From positions 21,142,001 through 21,206,000 of the forward strand of contig NC_042997.1 of the NCBI RefSeq assembly GCF_006345805.1: a stretch of DNA of 64,000 nt, in the 5' to 3' direction. The stretch is from Octopus sinensis (taxonomy: Eukaryota). The translations under genes and the position numbers were made by a program. Numbering within the stretch: the first letter of the stretch is position 1; each line of letters starts with the position of its first letter. Of the stretch, positions 1 through 13,775 are shown piece after piece. The notes below the pieces were generated by a model, which was not told the origin of the DNA, ran no database searches, and saw only the letters and a program-made list of their open reading frames with translations.

Positions 1-280
1 TAAACTGGTAGTATTCCAAGCACAAGAATTCTAAATTCAAAACTTAAGGATGTGTACTATTCATAGACTTTCCATAGGCAATAGCAGTCTAGTTAAAGAA
101 AAATTGCAAGCGTTCGGAGTTACACCATTCTAAAAATCCCCTACACTTTCATTACAGTGACTACCAAAATAATTCGGTAGGGTAATATAATTGTTAAAGA
201 ATTTAAAGATCTGCTAACGTGCTATATATATATATATATATAGATAGATATAGATATAGATATATAGATATATATATATA

Positions 281-435
281 CGACGAGCTTCTTTCAGTTT
301 CCGTCAACCAAATCCACTCACAGGGCATTGGTAGGCCCGAGGCTATAACAGGAGACACTTGCCCGAGTAGGACTGAACCCGGAACTATGTGGTTCGTAAG
401 CAAGAAACCTACCACACAGCCACTCCTGCGCCTAT
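281..435 (-). mobile_element. tRNA-derived CORE-type SINE, 5' portion
   Basis: Same family as 59315-59475 (ctttcagtttccgtc.accaaatccactcac...gacacttgccc...ggactgaacccggaac.atgtgg); tRNA-like head on the minus strand. Confidence 0.8.
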
Positions 436-624
436 GATATATATACGTGTATATATATATATATAATACATATATTGTAGCTTTGTTGATAAATTCTTCC
501 TGGGTATGACTGGTACTTATGCTATAAATCTAAATCGAAATTATTGAAAGGCAAATTCGACACTAGAAGCGTTTTAATTCAGAATATATAACAAAATTGC
601 ATATCGTCACGCATTTATTCTTAC

Positions 625-682
625 GTTCTTCCGTTTCTGCGAATTCACCGCCTTCCATTTTCAAAGAAGATTGAAATTAAAG
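625..682 (-). CDS. Candidate exon of an unidentified minus-strand gene (role ambiguous)
   Basis: Strong acceptor (tttttttttcag at 683-694) and a gtaaga donor at 624. Contains AAAATGG (ATG 658-656, MEGGEFAETEE) with an upstream in-frame TAA. AATAAA on minus at 619-614. Confidence 0.4.
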
Positions 683-2235
683 CTGAAAAAAAAATGCCTT
701 GATAGATATTTTCACCAGTATCTCTGATTACAATGCTTTTAGAATATTTTAGGAAAGCAGCTTCGATTTGTTTTCTCGAGGAAAAAAATTAATAGCAGGA
801 AGCGTCAGAAAAGTGAATTTCTAATAATAATCGGCTTGTATCGATTTCAAGATCTGCATTAATCTGTCTTAAATCACGACTTTTAAGACGAATTCCAGTG
901 CCATATTTGCAAAAAGATATACATTAACTGCTGCTGATGCTCTGGGTAATCAATCAGGCAAAATATTTCACCTTTTAAGATATCTGGCCTACATCCGGGT
1001 TTCCATTGATTTTATCAGATCAACCTCATAGATTTTCAATTTATACAGAAGTTTTTGCAATATTATATGTAGATGACTGAAGTTCAAAGGAATTATGTAT
1101 TATGAAAGAAACGTATTATATTCCACTGTCGCAGCTTTATGAGATAGAAAAGTATAGCATTCAACAAGCTAAGGTATTAGCTTTTATATGTTGCTCGATG
1201 CAAAATTTCATTTCTGTGTAGTTGCGTATAAATTGTTTATAAATTTACATTTTGAGTAGGGTTATATTTTAATGAAAGTATTAGCAAAAAGTTATTACAT
1301 ACCAATTTTCGTTTATTTGATCACTACAAAAATAATCAAAAATGCTATTCATTCAAACAACGATAGTGGCTTGGTTCTATAAATAAAGATTTGTATAGAC
1401 TGCTTTGGCATTTATTTATTTGTTTATGTTGAGAAAGATTTTTATTGTCAAGAATCGTTTTGATATATTTTATGAAAAGTTTCATACTAAATATATTTCC
1501 TTTATAGTTTCATCTATCGTTTTTTTGCCTAAACATTTTTGCCTCTATTAATCACTAGCTATTATTAGCTTAGCATTTCAACGGTTTTCATTGTCACCCA
1601 GATTTGACATATATCAGTAATTCTCCGAGGTCATTTTCAAAGATATCTAAATAACAAATAATTGTCCCCCCCAAAAAAAAGAAAGAAAAAAAGAAAAAAA
1701 ACCCGTATAAACTAAAACCTTTGATATTTCTCTTGGGAAAATATTAATCAGGTTTTGTTTGCAGTAAATGATGCGTTGCCGCATTTATCGTATATTTGTT
1801 GTTCACTGTGTAATATATACAAGAGCATTTTGCATTTTATCGAATTTTTCGGACGCAGAACATTTTATCTTCGACAATCTTTCGTCATTATTCCGAAATT
1901 GGATTTGAACCACGCTATTTACATTGGGATTTGGTGTTCTATATGAAGTAAGAGTAGCCTGTCTGGTTAGTTTGGTATTATATAGACTACTATATTAGAA
2001 GGGGTGATTGCTCCTTATGCTAAAGCGTAAACTAATTCGAAAGTAAAAATACCTGAACTAGAGTTAATTTGTCGATCAAATCTAACGTTTCGTATAATAT
2101 TAACTTATCCACTAGCAATATAATGGGTTTCAATATAACCAAAAGCATACCTATCTTTTCCATATAGGGTGGAGTAATTTTTGTTTGAAAGAACTAGTTG
2201 CAAATATCAGTCATAATTATATCATTGTGTGTGAG

Positions 2236-2329
2236 TCATATGTACATACACACATATAAATATACATATATGTATACATATATACATACATACATATATA
2301 TGTGTGTATGCATATATGTATATGTATAC

Positions 2330-2422
<93 letters not shown>

Positions 2423-2442
2423 TAAATATATAAATATATATA
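2236..2442. repeat. Compound (TA)n/(TACA)n microsatellite
   Basis: Directly visible; source of the YIYI/HTHT ORFs. Confidence 0.95.
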
Positions 2443-2616
2443 CGTCACTTAAGCGAGAGGATTTTAATTGCCACTGAATATGATTAGGTTGTTAAATGAC
2501 GCCTACATTGCTAGAAATAAGAACTAAAATCCTCTAGTGCTGTAGTGAACGCACGTGAATGAAAGCATATACACTAACAGGGACCATAATGGTCCGAAAA
2601 ATGCCGTCCGGGGATT

Positions 2617-2666
2617 CTTAAAACTGACGTCAGATTCGGCAGTTTCCGTTGCTGTCATCAGTTAAG
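2617..2666 (-). ncRNA. Type I hammerhead ribozyme motif (minimal stem II)
   Basis: Minus strand: CUUAA-CUGAUGA-CAGCAACG-GAAA-CUG...CAG-UU-UUAAG. 5-bp perfect stem I, 4-bp stem III, GUU triplet. Confidence 0.6.
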
Positions 2667-3842
2667 CCAGGTCAGTGTTCGGCTTTTTCCAGACCTGTTT
2701 CTTTAGTAGTATATATGTATTCGTCATCCACACTAGTGAATGATTTAGCAATTTGCTAATGTGTATTCACAAAATTAATATAAACTGCAGGTTATTTGGT
2801 GAAATATTGCAACCTGCTGTTTATATTAATTTTAACGGAGAAATGATACACAAATACAAATGCAAGCAACATGTGTCTTTCCACTCAGGACGAATTAAAT
2901 TAAGCTGGCGTGTGTGGAAGTGAAGCCTCACGACAGGGACATAAGAGATTACAGGCATGGGAAAGAATATAGATGTTGCACGGATAGTAGTCGAACCAAG
3001 AAAGAAAGGTCAGGCTTGGTAGAACACTGGTCACGTGGAAGGAGAGAATAGAGGTGGAGGCAGAGGGATAGAAGAATTAGGGAGGGACGAGAAAGAAAGA
3101 AAAAGAAAAGGGACAGAGTGAAGTGAAAGAGGATGGAAGGTGAGAATGAAGGGAGTGCCAAGAAATGTGAGAGAGGGGGAGCGAAAGAAAGAGTGGAAAG
3201 AACGAAATGAATCGTACAAAATTTATATATATATATGTATTTATATGTTTGTGTATGTGTGTGTATGTACTGTTAGTACAAGAATCAAACTATTGGTGTG
3301 CGCATCCATTCTTCTACGTTTATGCACACTCAAACGTGAAAATAGCTTTACGCTGATGGGTATCGCATTGTATCTAGCAGCCCGTTTATGTTCCTTGGAG
3401 CAAGTGTGTTGCTAGTACAAATCGTTTATCAGGAGAAGTCGTTCGTCGAAAGGATACCCTATAGGAATGATCTATTTTCACCTTCCTGTTTACAGGAGTG
3501 TGATAAGAATGAAAGCATCTATCAATAATTTGATTTACGCTGTTTTCCGTGCCTGTAATGATTTAGCCGGGTTTGCACACCATTGTACACATTAGCAAAT
3601 GTTTTTCATGCTGATTTCTATAGATAAAATTAGCAGCTTCTAATATTTTCAAAGGTTTGGGTGTTGTCTATTACTGAGGAGGTGAAAAGTATGCCGAAAC
3701 GCTGTCCACGGTAGTTGACTGAAGTCCTCTGGAGAAGGTATGTTGTTTACTCACGTCGTAAGTTGTCATCCGATACGCTAGTCTACAGCGATGAGCCACT
3801 TTCATGTTCGAGTAAGCAGGAACATAAGAATGAATATACACT

Positions 3843-3966
<124 letters not shown>

Positions 3967-4011
3967 ATATAAAACTACCTGTATATTATTTATGTGTATG
4001 TATAATAATAA

Positions 4012-4400
4012 TCATCATCATTTAACGGCCATTTTCTATGCAGGCATGGGTTGGACGGTTTAATAGGAGCTGGTCAGCCGGGGAGCTAAGTTTACGTTGC
4101 CTGTTTTGACATGATTTCTATGGCTGGATGCCATTCTTAACGCCAACCATTTTACAGAGTATAGTAGGTGCTTTATACGTGGCACCGGCACGGGTGCTTT
4201 TTATGTGGCGCCAGCACCTAACAGCCCACATGACAAGAATCTCTTAGCTGACAGAGAGACTTGCCTGTATGTATAGATGACCATGATTTTACTTGGCTAG
4301 ACATGTCTTCTCAAGCACAGCAAATCGCCAGAAGTCTCTGTCGCATGTCATCTCCTCTGGGAGGCCCAAAGTTTGAAGAACAATATAATGGTGCAATAAT
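4012..4400 (-). mobile_element. SINE/LINE 3' portion with (TGA)n tail
   Basis: catcatcatttaacggccatttt...catgggttggacgg...ggctggatgcc.ttc.taacgccaacc resembles a common cephalopod retroposon tail (from recall). Confidence 0.6.
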
Positions 4401-6526
4401 ATTCCTTTACCTGTCATTTAGATATAATCAAATATTTTACTCTCAATAGAAGCTCCATACATTTTATTTAAAAAACATGCACATATGGAGACAGTGCAAT
4501 CAATATGAAATGGCACTTTTACTAATTAGTCGTCAAATTAAAAGCCTGATTTTATAGTTGTGAAACATTATTAGGACAATGCCTTATGAATTTGTTATTA
4601 GCTAAATGGAATTCTTTCGAAGACATACTTTAAGGAAGCCTCTGTGAAAAGTATTTCTCTTCAGATTCACTGAGAAAGTATCAAAATCTTTTCACAATAA
4701 TTATAGTAACGTTTCTATGTAGCGATTAGAATATTCACTTTAGTTAGTTTGCTATTATTAAGTAATATCTATCGTGTACTTAAAATTAATAACCTATCTG
4801 TGGTCCATCTATATGCCCATTAGCTTTTCAATTAATATCTTTTGTGCAGTTTCTAATGTTATTTCTTTGACTCCCTTATTTTGATAGCTTGTCTTTTCTC
4901 AGTGCAATTTTCCTCTGCTTCATATGATACTACCTTTCATTATTATTGAAAACTGTTGCATTATGAGAACTTCCATTTTTTTTTCGAAAACATTTTTCGT
5001 TTATAGCACTGATTGGTCTACATAATAGCTTCTCTTTCAGTGTGTTGTTATCAGATTTTTTTAAACTGCCCCCTCCCATTCCCCCATTTTGCTTTCCGTC
5101 TACATTCATATGTTGTATATTTCGTTTCTCGTCTGTTTTCAAGAGTCCAGGAGTCCAGTCTCTCTGTATCTCTCTATTTCTACTTCCTTTACGACTTTCT
5201 AATTCATCCTTTCCTTCTCTGTTAATTTGTATGTTCTTTATATTCCATTCTGTTCATGCTTTGTCAACATATCATCTCATGATTTCCCTATCCTATCGCA
5301 TAGCTTGTATTAACTTTTGGTTTCTTTTATTATTTGTGATCCAAATATGCCTTGGCAGCTATCATTTTCCGTTGCATTCCTGCAATTATATAATTCTCAA
5401 CGTGTTATTAGATACACTGAAATAATGTGTAATTGTGCCAAGGTATGCTTTTAATGAAATATAAAAATACGAGACATATCTACGGCTGTCAAACAGTAAA
5501 CGGTAGTCTCTGACAGCATCGTAACTACTTCCTAACATGCGCACAAACACAATACTCATTCCCGCTCTACTATACACACATTCTCATACACACAGATCTT
5601 TAATTCATCTCTTACCACGTTTTCGTTATAACCAATTAGTACAGTAGAGATTAATTCTACCTTTAATGGCAAGATACTTTAGAAATGGTAAATTCAAATT
5701 AGTAAAAAGAAATTAAAATACAAATAATATGAAATGTTAATATTTTCAAAATTCGTGAGTTAACACGAACTCTGTATTTGAACAGATATAACACAGGTGT
5801 GATTTTGATGTAATTAAGTCTTGTTTAATAAGAATAAATGTAAAATGTGATCAATGCACCATATCGATTTTTCTTGTTAAGGAGAACAATCAGTGGTTTC
5901 TTTCTGAAATTGTTTATAAGTTGATATAATATAGCAGTTCGAATTTCATCTGGTTCTGTCTATCGCAACGCCATAAAAAAAGTCAGTACTAAACAGTTTT
6001 TCACCCTAAAGTGTGACTCCCTCATTTTACATAGTTATGTCTAATTATATATTCTCTTTATACCATTTTGTTACATTCAAACGCGTAACCACTACATCTC
6101 ATAGTTACATTTACCACTCAAATTAACCTTCACTACATATACAGCATATGGTTTATTATAGTTTTTCTTGTATTTGTGCATCGATGATACGAGTTTGCTA
6201 GCATATTTACTCTGGCATATTTCACGTAAATTCATTGTTTATGCTCTTGCTGTGTTGTTTTCAGACATTAAAGTCTTCCCCTTGTCAATACAAAACTCTC
6301 CCTTCTCTCTCTCTCTTCTTTCTCCTCCTCTCTCTCTCTCTCTCTCTCTCTCTTTCGAACAAGCATAGAATAGATGAATACACAACGAATTAGTGGTCAG
6401 ACCTTCTAACCAGTGTAGTCCAGCAGAACAAGGGTCGGTTATAAGAAATACATAGCTCCAGCGTGTAATAAGCGGACAAAAGATAGTTAGATAGTATGCA
6501 TATTCACATTACAAGATGAAAGATAC

Positions 6527-6625
6527 CTTTACAGCTGTTTCAAAGATTCGACGTGGCATTGATGTTATAATGTATATCATGCAAGCAGATGTACAGGAGG
6601 CAATAATGCACAGCAAATAAGCAAA
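6527..6625 (-). CDS. Candidate coding exon FAYLLCIIASCTSACMIYIITSMPRRIFETAVK (possible TM helix)
   Basis: ttag acceptor, AAG|gtatct donor, 99 nt, phase 0/0, only one open frame, phase-compatible with the exon 150 nt upstream. Confidence 0.5.
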
Positions 6626-6775
6626 CTAATAATATGTTCAACTTGCATAAAAAGTGACGCGGGGACTATCTTCAAGCTAAAAAACATGAAATATTTTCAT
6701 CGGAAGGAAGAGTTCATGAAAGAAAGAGAACGCAACCCCATTGGAATAATTCCCGAACACTTAATATTCCCATAC

Positions 6776-6849
6776 CTTTCGCGGTTGCTTTTGGGTGCTC
6801 CAATTTTTGTACGAGGAATTACGCAAGGCTGAGTAATGGAATTCTCCAA
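6776..6849 (-). CDS. Candidate coding exon (x)GEFHYSALRNSSYKNWSTQKQPRK
   Basis: ttag acceptor, AAG|gtatgg donor, 74 nt; the phase 1/0 reading joins the 6527-6625 exon in frame. Confidence 0.5.
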
Positions 6850-7329
6850 CTAATATTGCTAGTTTCTTTTCCGTGTGTGAGTGGGTACTGCGTTTTACAT
6901 GTTTTCTAAATTCGTCTCTCTTGATTTAGTTATTAAGAGATTATGATATTTATATATTTCATATCTTATTAAAGATTTAATTCGTCCTCATCTTTGCTGA
7001 GCTCTATCCTTTGTCCAGTTCTAAATGTATAATGTTTTTCTGTACATTATTGTGTTTTCGAGTCTTTATAGCTAATAATGAGCTCATTAATCGAGTATAG
7101 CTCATGAAAAACTGTTACATTTAGTTTTGAAATTTATACTATTGTGGAAAACGAATTGTTTGGAGTTGACTGGTGAGTTTGTTTTCGTACATTAACCTCT
7201 ATTTAGTGAGACATCTCTATTTCACTTTGTTTCTCTAATGGAAAATTTTGTTCTTTCCCTCCATGGAGAAGACGACACACTGAAGCTTGTTTAAGAGAGA
7301 AAGGCGAGAAAGAGTGAGGAACGTTATCA

Positions 7330-8320
7330 GAACGCAGTGAAAGAGTACGTAAGCGGGAGAGTTATGTCACCGCTTTGAGAACAGAAAGCGTAAATGTCAT
7401 CAACAATTTCGAAGATAAAGAGAAAATGGAAAATTTTAACAATGAAAATACTGACATCACTAGCGACAACAATAAGAGCAACATCAAAGACAATAACCGC
7501 AAATTTGAAGACGAATTAAAAAGGAAAACGTTTCTCAAAGGAAACATCAAAGCCCCACCACTAACAGCTACATCCGCAACAACTACAAAAACAACATATT
7601 TCAAGACAACAAAATATGAACATTTTTAACACAACTGCCAACAACAAGAAGAAAACCAACAACAAATTTTCGCCAAAATTATTCAAGAGACGGGTAGAAC
7701 ACTTTTTCGACGATGATTTTGGGAAAGATTTCAGAAAATGCTTGGTGAAACCTAATCTCCTTACTCTAGCACCTGGTGAAAAAGGTCACATCACACAAAA
7801 AAATTGTGGCTTATTTATTGCTTAACATGAAGGCTAAAAGAATTAAAACTCTGACCCCAGCACAAGCTGAAAAATACCTGAAAAATGCCTGAAAGATGTC
7901 TGGAGTTTGGATTTCCAGTAGCAATATGCCATAGCGAAGAAACTAGAAAAAGATGGCTTTACCTACATGCTCTTCAGAACATACTTTAATTCCATCCTAT
8001 ATGGAAGACGAGGGAATACGTTTACGAATATGACAGCATGACTTAACATCCAGTATTTCGGAATGACACTGGATGAATATGGGGATATATTCATCATGAA
8101 ATCCACCCGAAGGAAAACTGGTCAATGATCAGGATGGAGGTGGAAATACTGCTCACAGTAGAAAACTTTAACAATATCTCCAATATCGTTTACATGGAAG
8201 ACCAGAGTACACAAAAGTGGTGATAGAGGGGACAAAGGCAAAATATGCCAATGGAATTACCACCCATCCAAAAGGCTTTCTGCCACCAGCTAAGGCAAAC
8301 TAAACGACCTCTGTGGTTAA
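7330..8320 (+). mobile_element. Degenerate LINE ORF1 (gag-like) remnant
   Basis: Broken reading frames with motifs ..AQAEKYLK..PSYM..R.RI..VVIEG.., related to the remnant at 36380-37030. No ORF2 follows. Confidence 0.5.
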
Positions 8321-8389
8321 CATCACATTTACACTAACACATATAGATCAATTGAGGACACCTACACCAAGATCCGTCTATCGGCCACA

Positions 8390-9290
8390 TCCATAGCGAA
8401 GATATCCTTGCCGCTCTCCTTTAACAGGGCAAGCAAAGTAGTTTTCTTTTGTCCTGGTATTTCTCAATATTTTCCATTTCTTTGGTATCAACTCTTGCAA
8501 AATCTATGATCTTGTACTGTCTATTTATTTTGTCTCTTTAACCATGTCTGGTATTCTTACCTAAATAGTATGGCCAGTCTTTAGGGCGGTGTCCCACAAG
8601 AATCTTGTAATTCTCATTTTCTAGCACAGCTTCTGGTTGGTCTTCATACCACTTTACTGTTGTTTTGAAGCCACACGCTCGGCTAACATCCTACTTCACT
8701 CTTTTGCCTATACAGTCATGCCTGTGCTTATACTCCTTCTGTGCTAGTATATAGCAATCACTCAAAAGAGTGATTGATACTTTCATCTCTTTTCCTGTAG
8801 ATTCTACATTTGGTGTTTGACTGGGGTTTGCTGATCTTTGCCTTTAGCAGACTTGTTCTAGCTTACTCCGGAAAGCTATAATTAGTGTTCCTGTCACCCG
8901 TTTTAAGTCCTGTCCGTCAATCAAAGCCAGCTGTCTTTACTTCCAACATTCTTGGTTTCTTGCATGAGCTGGTCATGCAAATTTTATTTTCCATTTGTTT
9001 CTTCTGTTGCTCTTCCTTTTCTCTTCATGTTCTCCTACTTTTCGGTCTCTTTTTGGATATTCCTGGCTGTCCATAATACTCTTCACTATGCACAACATGT
9101 TTTAGATCCAGTATCGCAATATTAATAGTGTCTTCTGCATTTGGTAATCCTCTGCCTCCTACCTTTCTTGGTCGGTATTGCTTTTAGGGTGGAGTGCGTT
9201 GTGCATTGTGAGCGGCTTCCTAGTTTTTCTATCCAAGTTCCGTTGCTCGACTTTCAAACAATGAGCAGAGTATCACAATGTGGGCATAGC
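8390..9290 (-). mobile_element. R4/Dong-like (RLE-encoding) non-LTR retrotransposon, 3' fragment
   Basis: Minus-strand remnants LDRKTRK.LTMHNALHPKS...GGRGL, a degenerate zinc knuckle SKCRI..RDESINH, ENENYKIL.. and YKIIDFA..EKYQD of the restriction-like endonuclease. Confidence 0.8.
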
Positions 9291-11462
9291 CCAAATTAGA
9301 AATACTTAGTAGTAGCAGCTGCTGCATCTGCAACAGTAGCGGCGGCGGTGGCCGTGGCAGCAGCAGCAATAGCAGCAACATAAGCTGTAGTAGTTGCACC
9401 ACCAAAAACCTATACCATCATAAACATGAAGGAGGGAAGATGTATAAAAATAAATCTGTTAAAATACAGGAAATATTTATGAGGAGGAAAGGAATTTTAT
9501 GCCCTTCCGATAAAATGTGAATACGAACGTCACTGTAACTGTTGAGAGAAATAACAAGGTGTGCATTCGATGTTCGTCTTCGTATAATTATAGTGTTTGC
9601 TGTTGTTGGGAGGAGAAAGGACCAGCTTAGTCTAACTTCAAATAGAATTCATTTTATATAGGAAAAGCAGTTATAGTTAGACAGAATAATAAATAACATA
9701 AATACAATAGTAGAAATAGAACGAACATCTAGAATATAAATTCTTTCTGGATTATCCTCAAGGTATTTTTTAAATATTTTTTTCTCACTTTCAGCTTCCA
9801 AACTGTATGGTAGATTAACACATAATTTATGTTGAATACATTTGCTTGCAAAAATTACTTATTGATTCAGACAAGATATCTTAACATAAGCAAACATACT
9901 AATAACTGCAGGAAATATATGCTTGCTTGTTTTTTAATATTTCTTTATGTATACTTTATATGTATAATTGATATCTATCTGTATACACTATACACACACA
10001 TACATATATATACACACATAGATATGTATGTATGTATGTGTATATATATGTATGCATGCATGTATGTACGTACGCATTATTTTGCGTTATATTTTCATAT
10101 TTTGCAAATCACAATTTATCTTTTGATCATCACTTTGTTATGTCTTAAGAAACTGATCCACCGGATTTTCCGATAGAGTATCTAGAATTGAAGTTTTTTA
10201 TTGTTATTGCTGTTGTTTAACTCCTGATCTATGATGAAATGTATTTAAGATCTCATCGTCTCATTCAAAAGTAAGTAGAGCTACATTATCCCATATACCG
10301 TTCTTTGTTAAAGACGGTAATACGTGACATGAAGAAAATTTTATTAATATTTCTAGCAGGTCGAACAGGTTTTGCTCATTTTAGGTTATTATTTGTGCGA
10401 TTACAGTAGCATAATTGTTTATTAAGCAGTAGCAAACACCTTTAATACAACATAATTTGTCTCATCGTAGCTTCCATATTTTAAACTAGACACTTCAATA
10501 TTATTTGACAAATTCCAGCCTAATATAACAAATTTCACATAAAAAATGTTGTATAGTTATCGTATATTGTTATCTTGCTCAAGTGCATGCAAAGGCTTGA
10601 CATATAATTGTAAGCACTGTATTTAAGCACACAATTATGGTAGCTTTATATTGTACGTGTGTTTTATAGTTTGTTTTGCGGAGTAATTCAGCTTGTAATG
10701 ATGTTGTTAAAGTTCGAAGAGAAGGTAGTTGCTTTGGCTTGAGCAGCCTTGATACAATTATAGCCTGCCATCAGTTTATATGCGATTCATTGACCTGGTA
10801 TACCGAATATATTACGTTTAGATAAGGTAGAAATTTATCTGGTACACTGTTTGATGCTTGGTTTTGACGTAGTGCTGTAAATTAATGTGTAATCCATCTT
10901 GGATATCCTATGAATCTAGGTTAGTACATAAATCGAGATAAGAGAGTATAGCGATGATGTATTTATGTTTGTATATGGATTTGTTTTTCCTGTGTGTAAA
11001 TTATACCAAAGAAATATTAATTTCCTACGTTATTAATACAAAATTGGGTGCTTTGAGGAAGGAGTGTTAACCCACGTAATACATGTTTTACCATCAAGAG
11101 ATGAAAAGCAACGTTGATCCCAGAGCGATTTGAACTCATAGTGCAGCGGAAATGACCAAATACTGAACATTCCAAAGAATATTAGTTTCAGTATGCTCTT
11201 AAAGCAGTTGCGTGTTAAAATATTTTTGCATTATATGGAGATATTTGCGAAAAAATCATTGTTTCCAAAGTTGTTTATGGTTTATAAGAATGTAGTGAGT
11301 GTCTAATAGAAATCGATTAGCCCATGGCAAATAGAATATATTGCTATCAGAATTCTTATGCTGTCTGTTAAAAGTTCATCTATTTTATTTTACCACAATT
11401 CAAATGAGTATTTAGTTATTAAATTTTGGGAAATTATATTACGACTATTGAATAATATTGGT

Positions 11463-11653
11463 TTCGAATTTTGGCACAAGGTTAGCAACTTCGAATGAGG
11501 GTGACGCGATTACATCGACCACAGTACACAACTGGTAATTATTTCATCGACACTGAAAGGATGAAAGCGGAATTTGAATCCAGAATATAAAGACAGACGA
11601 AATGCCGCTATTTTGCCCAGTGTGCTGATGGTTCTACCATCTCGCTGCCTTAC
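11463..11653 (-). mobile_element. Diverged copy of the abundant tRNA-SINE (family of 32367 and 42013)
   Basis: gattacatcgacc...gaaaggatgaaag...cggaatttgaa...gacagacgaaat shared with the younger copies. Confidence 0.75.
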
Positions 11654-13775
11654 CCCCGCTTAGTAATATTGAAGGTAGCTTTCAAAAGTGAGGTGTAACA
11701 AAAAATAAAAAAAGAATGATTTAGACAAGTTATAGAGAATTCAGGTATCAGTTTTACTTTTCTGAGTTAAATTTTACTAAGTCTAAATGGGATTTTGATC
11801 CCTTCGATGTTTCTCAACTCAGCTACACTTAGTACTAAAGTTATTTTAACCAACTAATTTACTTTCAGTTTAGAACGTAATTATGGATCAATTACTAGAT
11901 CAATGATTTTCCGATAGCAAAAAATACCGTCCATCATTCCATTCAGGATTTTATAAAAAAAAAATACAGGTAAAAATTAAAACAGTATTATATGTAATAT
12001 ACTTATAAATATCAAGAGCCACAGATAGCTGAGACGATATGCTATGAGTCAAAGTGTCCATGATATTTCGTGCCAAGTCAACTCTACTGCGATATGCAAC
12101 GACTAACATATTAACACCTAATGCCTCTTGCCCTTTATAACTATTTACAGTTTTTTTTTGAGTAGTGCAACGTGTTAATCTTTCGTTAATTTGCAGCGCT
12201 GAACTCAACTACATTAATGGAACCAACGTAGGCAGGAAAAGCCTCTGCCGAAGCCATCAATGATTTCCTATGACCCGATGTGTTACGAGACTCACCTATT
12301 CTGAAACATTATTATATAAAACATTTATATTCTGCTCTATATCACCAAATTTCAGATAATTGAAGCTGCGTGACAAAGAGCACGTAAAATGTACTTCACA
12401 AGATTAGTATTTAACGCAACTCACGAACAAGCCATGTGACAATTGAAATTAATTAAATTTATAGCTAAACTGTGGCATACAGAAAAAAAAATTCAATGTG
12501 AAATTATTCCTGGTAATTCTATAAGTAATGCTTTTATACATGAGGATACAATGTGAGAGTGTGGCATCAGAGATGAGTATTAAACGTGTTTGAAGTTGTT
12601 GTCAATACGATTGATACTACAACGTTGTCAATGCAAATGGATTGTTGAGGAATTTTATTGATAAGTTTCTTATAAAATCAAAGACGTGCGTGGTTTGCGG
12701 CTATCACCACTAGTGTGATCTAGGGTCTTTGTATGTTCACTTGAAAGAAAATCAAGTGATATATGATAAATAGACAACCATAATCAAGCTGTGCCTATCT
12801 CGGCAGTAGTTGCAATCATATACTATTTCTTTCTTTTTGTATTTCAGGAACAGCATTTCCTTATTTAAAGATGCGACGTGGAGGCTATTGGCTTTTCACC
12901 AAGAAAACAACTAGCTAGAGGTAAAACGAGATAAGATATATGATGATGGATAGATACATGAATAACAAATACTTTCTTAAAGATCAATTGAAACAGGGAT
13001 ACAAAATAGTTGAGTACCTATAAGCCTATATGTTTGTATATGTGTAACAGCGAGTATGTCAGAGTGGTTGAGCGTATGTTCACACACACACACACACAAG
13101 TATCATGTTATATAGGTGAAATGGGCTGGTTAAGTTATAATTCTGAATTTAAGAGTAATATTAATTCCTTAAAGAGGCAGTTGTCTCTCTCTTTTTTTTA
13201 TAGTAATATAAATGAGATTAAGTGATATTCATGACTTTCTCAAGTATATTACTGATCTAAATAAAAGGAAATGAATGCAACTAGAAATTAATGCTTGTCG
13301 AGAAAATTGCCTTTGTTGTCGGAAGTCGGAACGAATAAAGTAATTTTGGAATAAAACAGGTTTTTAGTAAGTACGGGAAACGAAAAATGTCAGCGAAACG
13401 AAGTTAATTCAAAGTAACTTGAGTAATAATTTCTGTGAGGAAATTTTGAATTTCTAGTTTTAAGCAAAATGCTTTATTCAAAATAGAATTTCACAAAAGC
13501 CTTTTGTGAGATAGTTATAGAAAAAGTTGCTGACGTATGAAGTAGTCTAACTTTGACTTGGAATCATAGGTATATTTTACGTTAACTACAGGTCTGTTTT
13601 AATTCACAAGCACACACACTCACATACATACATACACATAGATGCATACGCATACACAACTGCGGACACACACATCCCATATGAGTATGTATGAGTAAAT
13701 ATTATTAAAACAGCGAGTGTGCTCAGTTTTGTTTTTAAGTTTTATCGATTTCTATCATATTTTATATTTTATATT

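Noticed and set aside
2539-2550. 12-mer gctgtagtgaac shared with the 3' end of the 30.8-kb hammerhead
   Set aside because: Too short to distinguish from chance, and the flanks do not align.
2570-2612. GGACCA-TAA-TGGTCC-GAAA hairpin as a plus-strand hammerhead
   Set aside because: The core reads CUAACAG and no stem I partner is present; at best a badly decayed relic.
9781-12925. Plus-strand acceptors at ~9794 and ~12848
   Set aside because: The second has stops in all frames, the first gives only a 15-nt piece, and no coherent plus-strand chain emerges.
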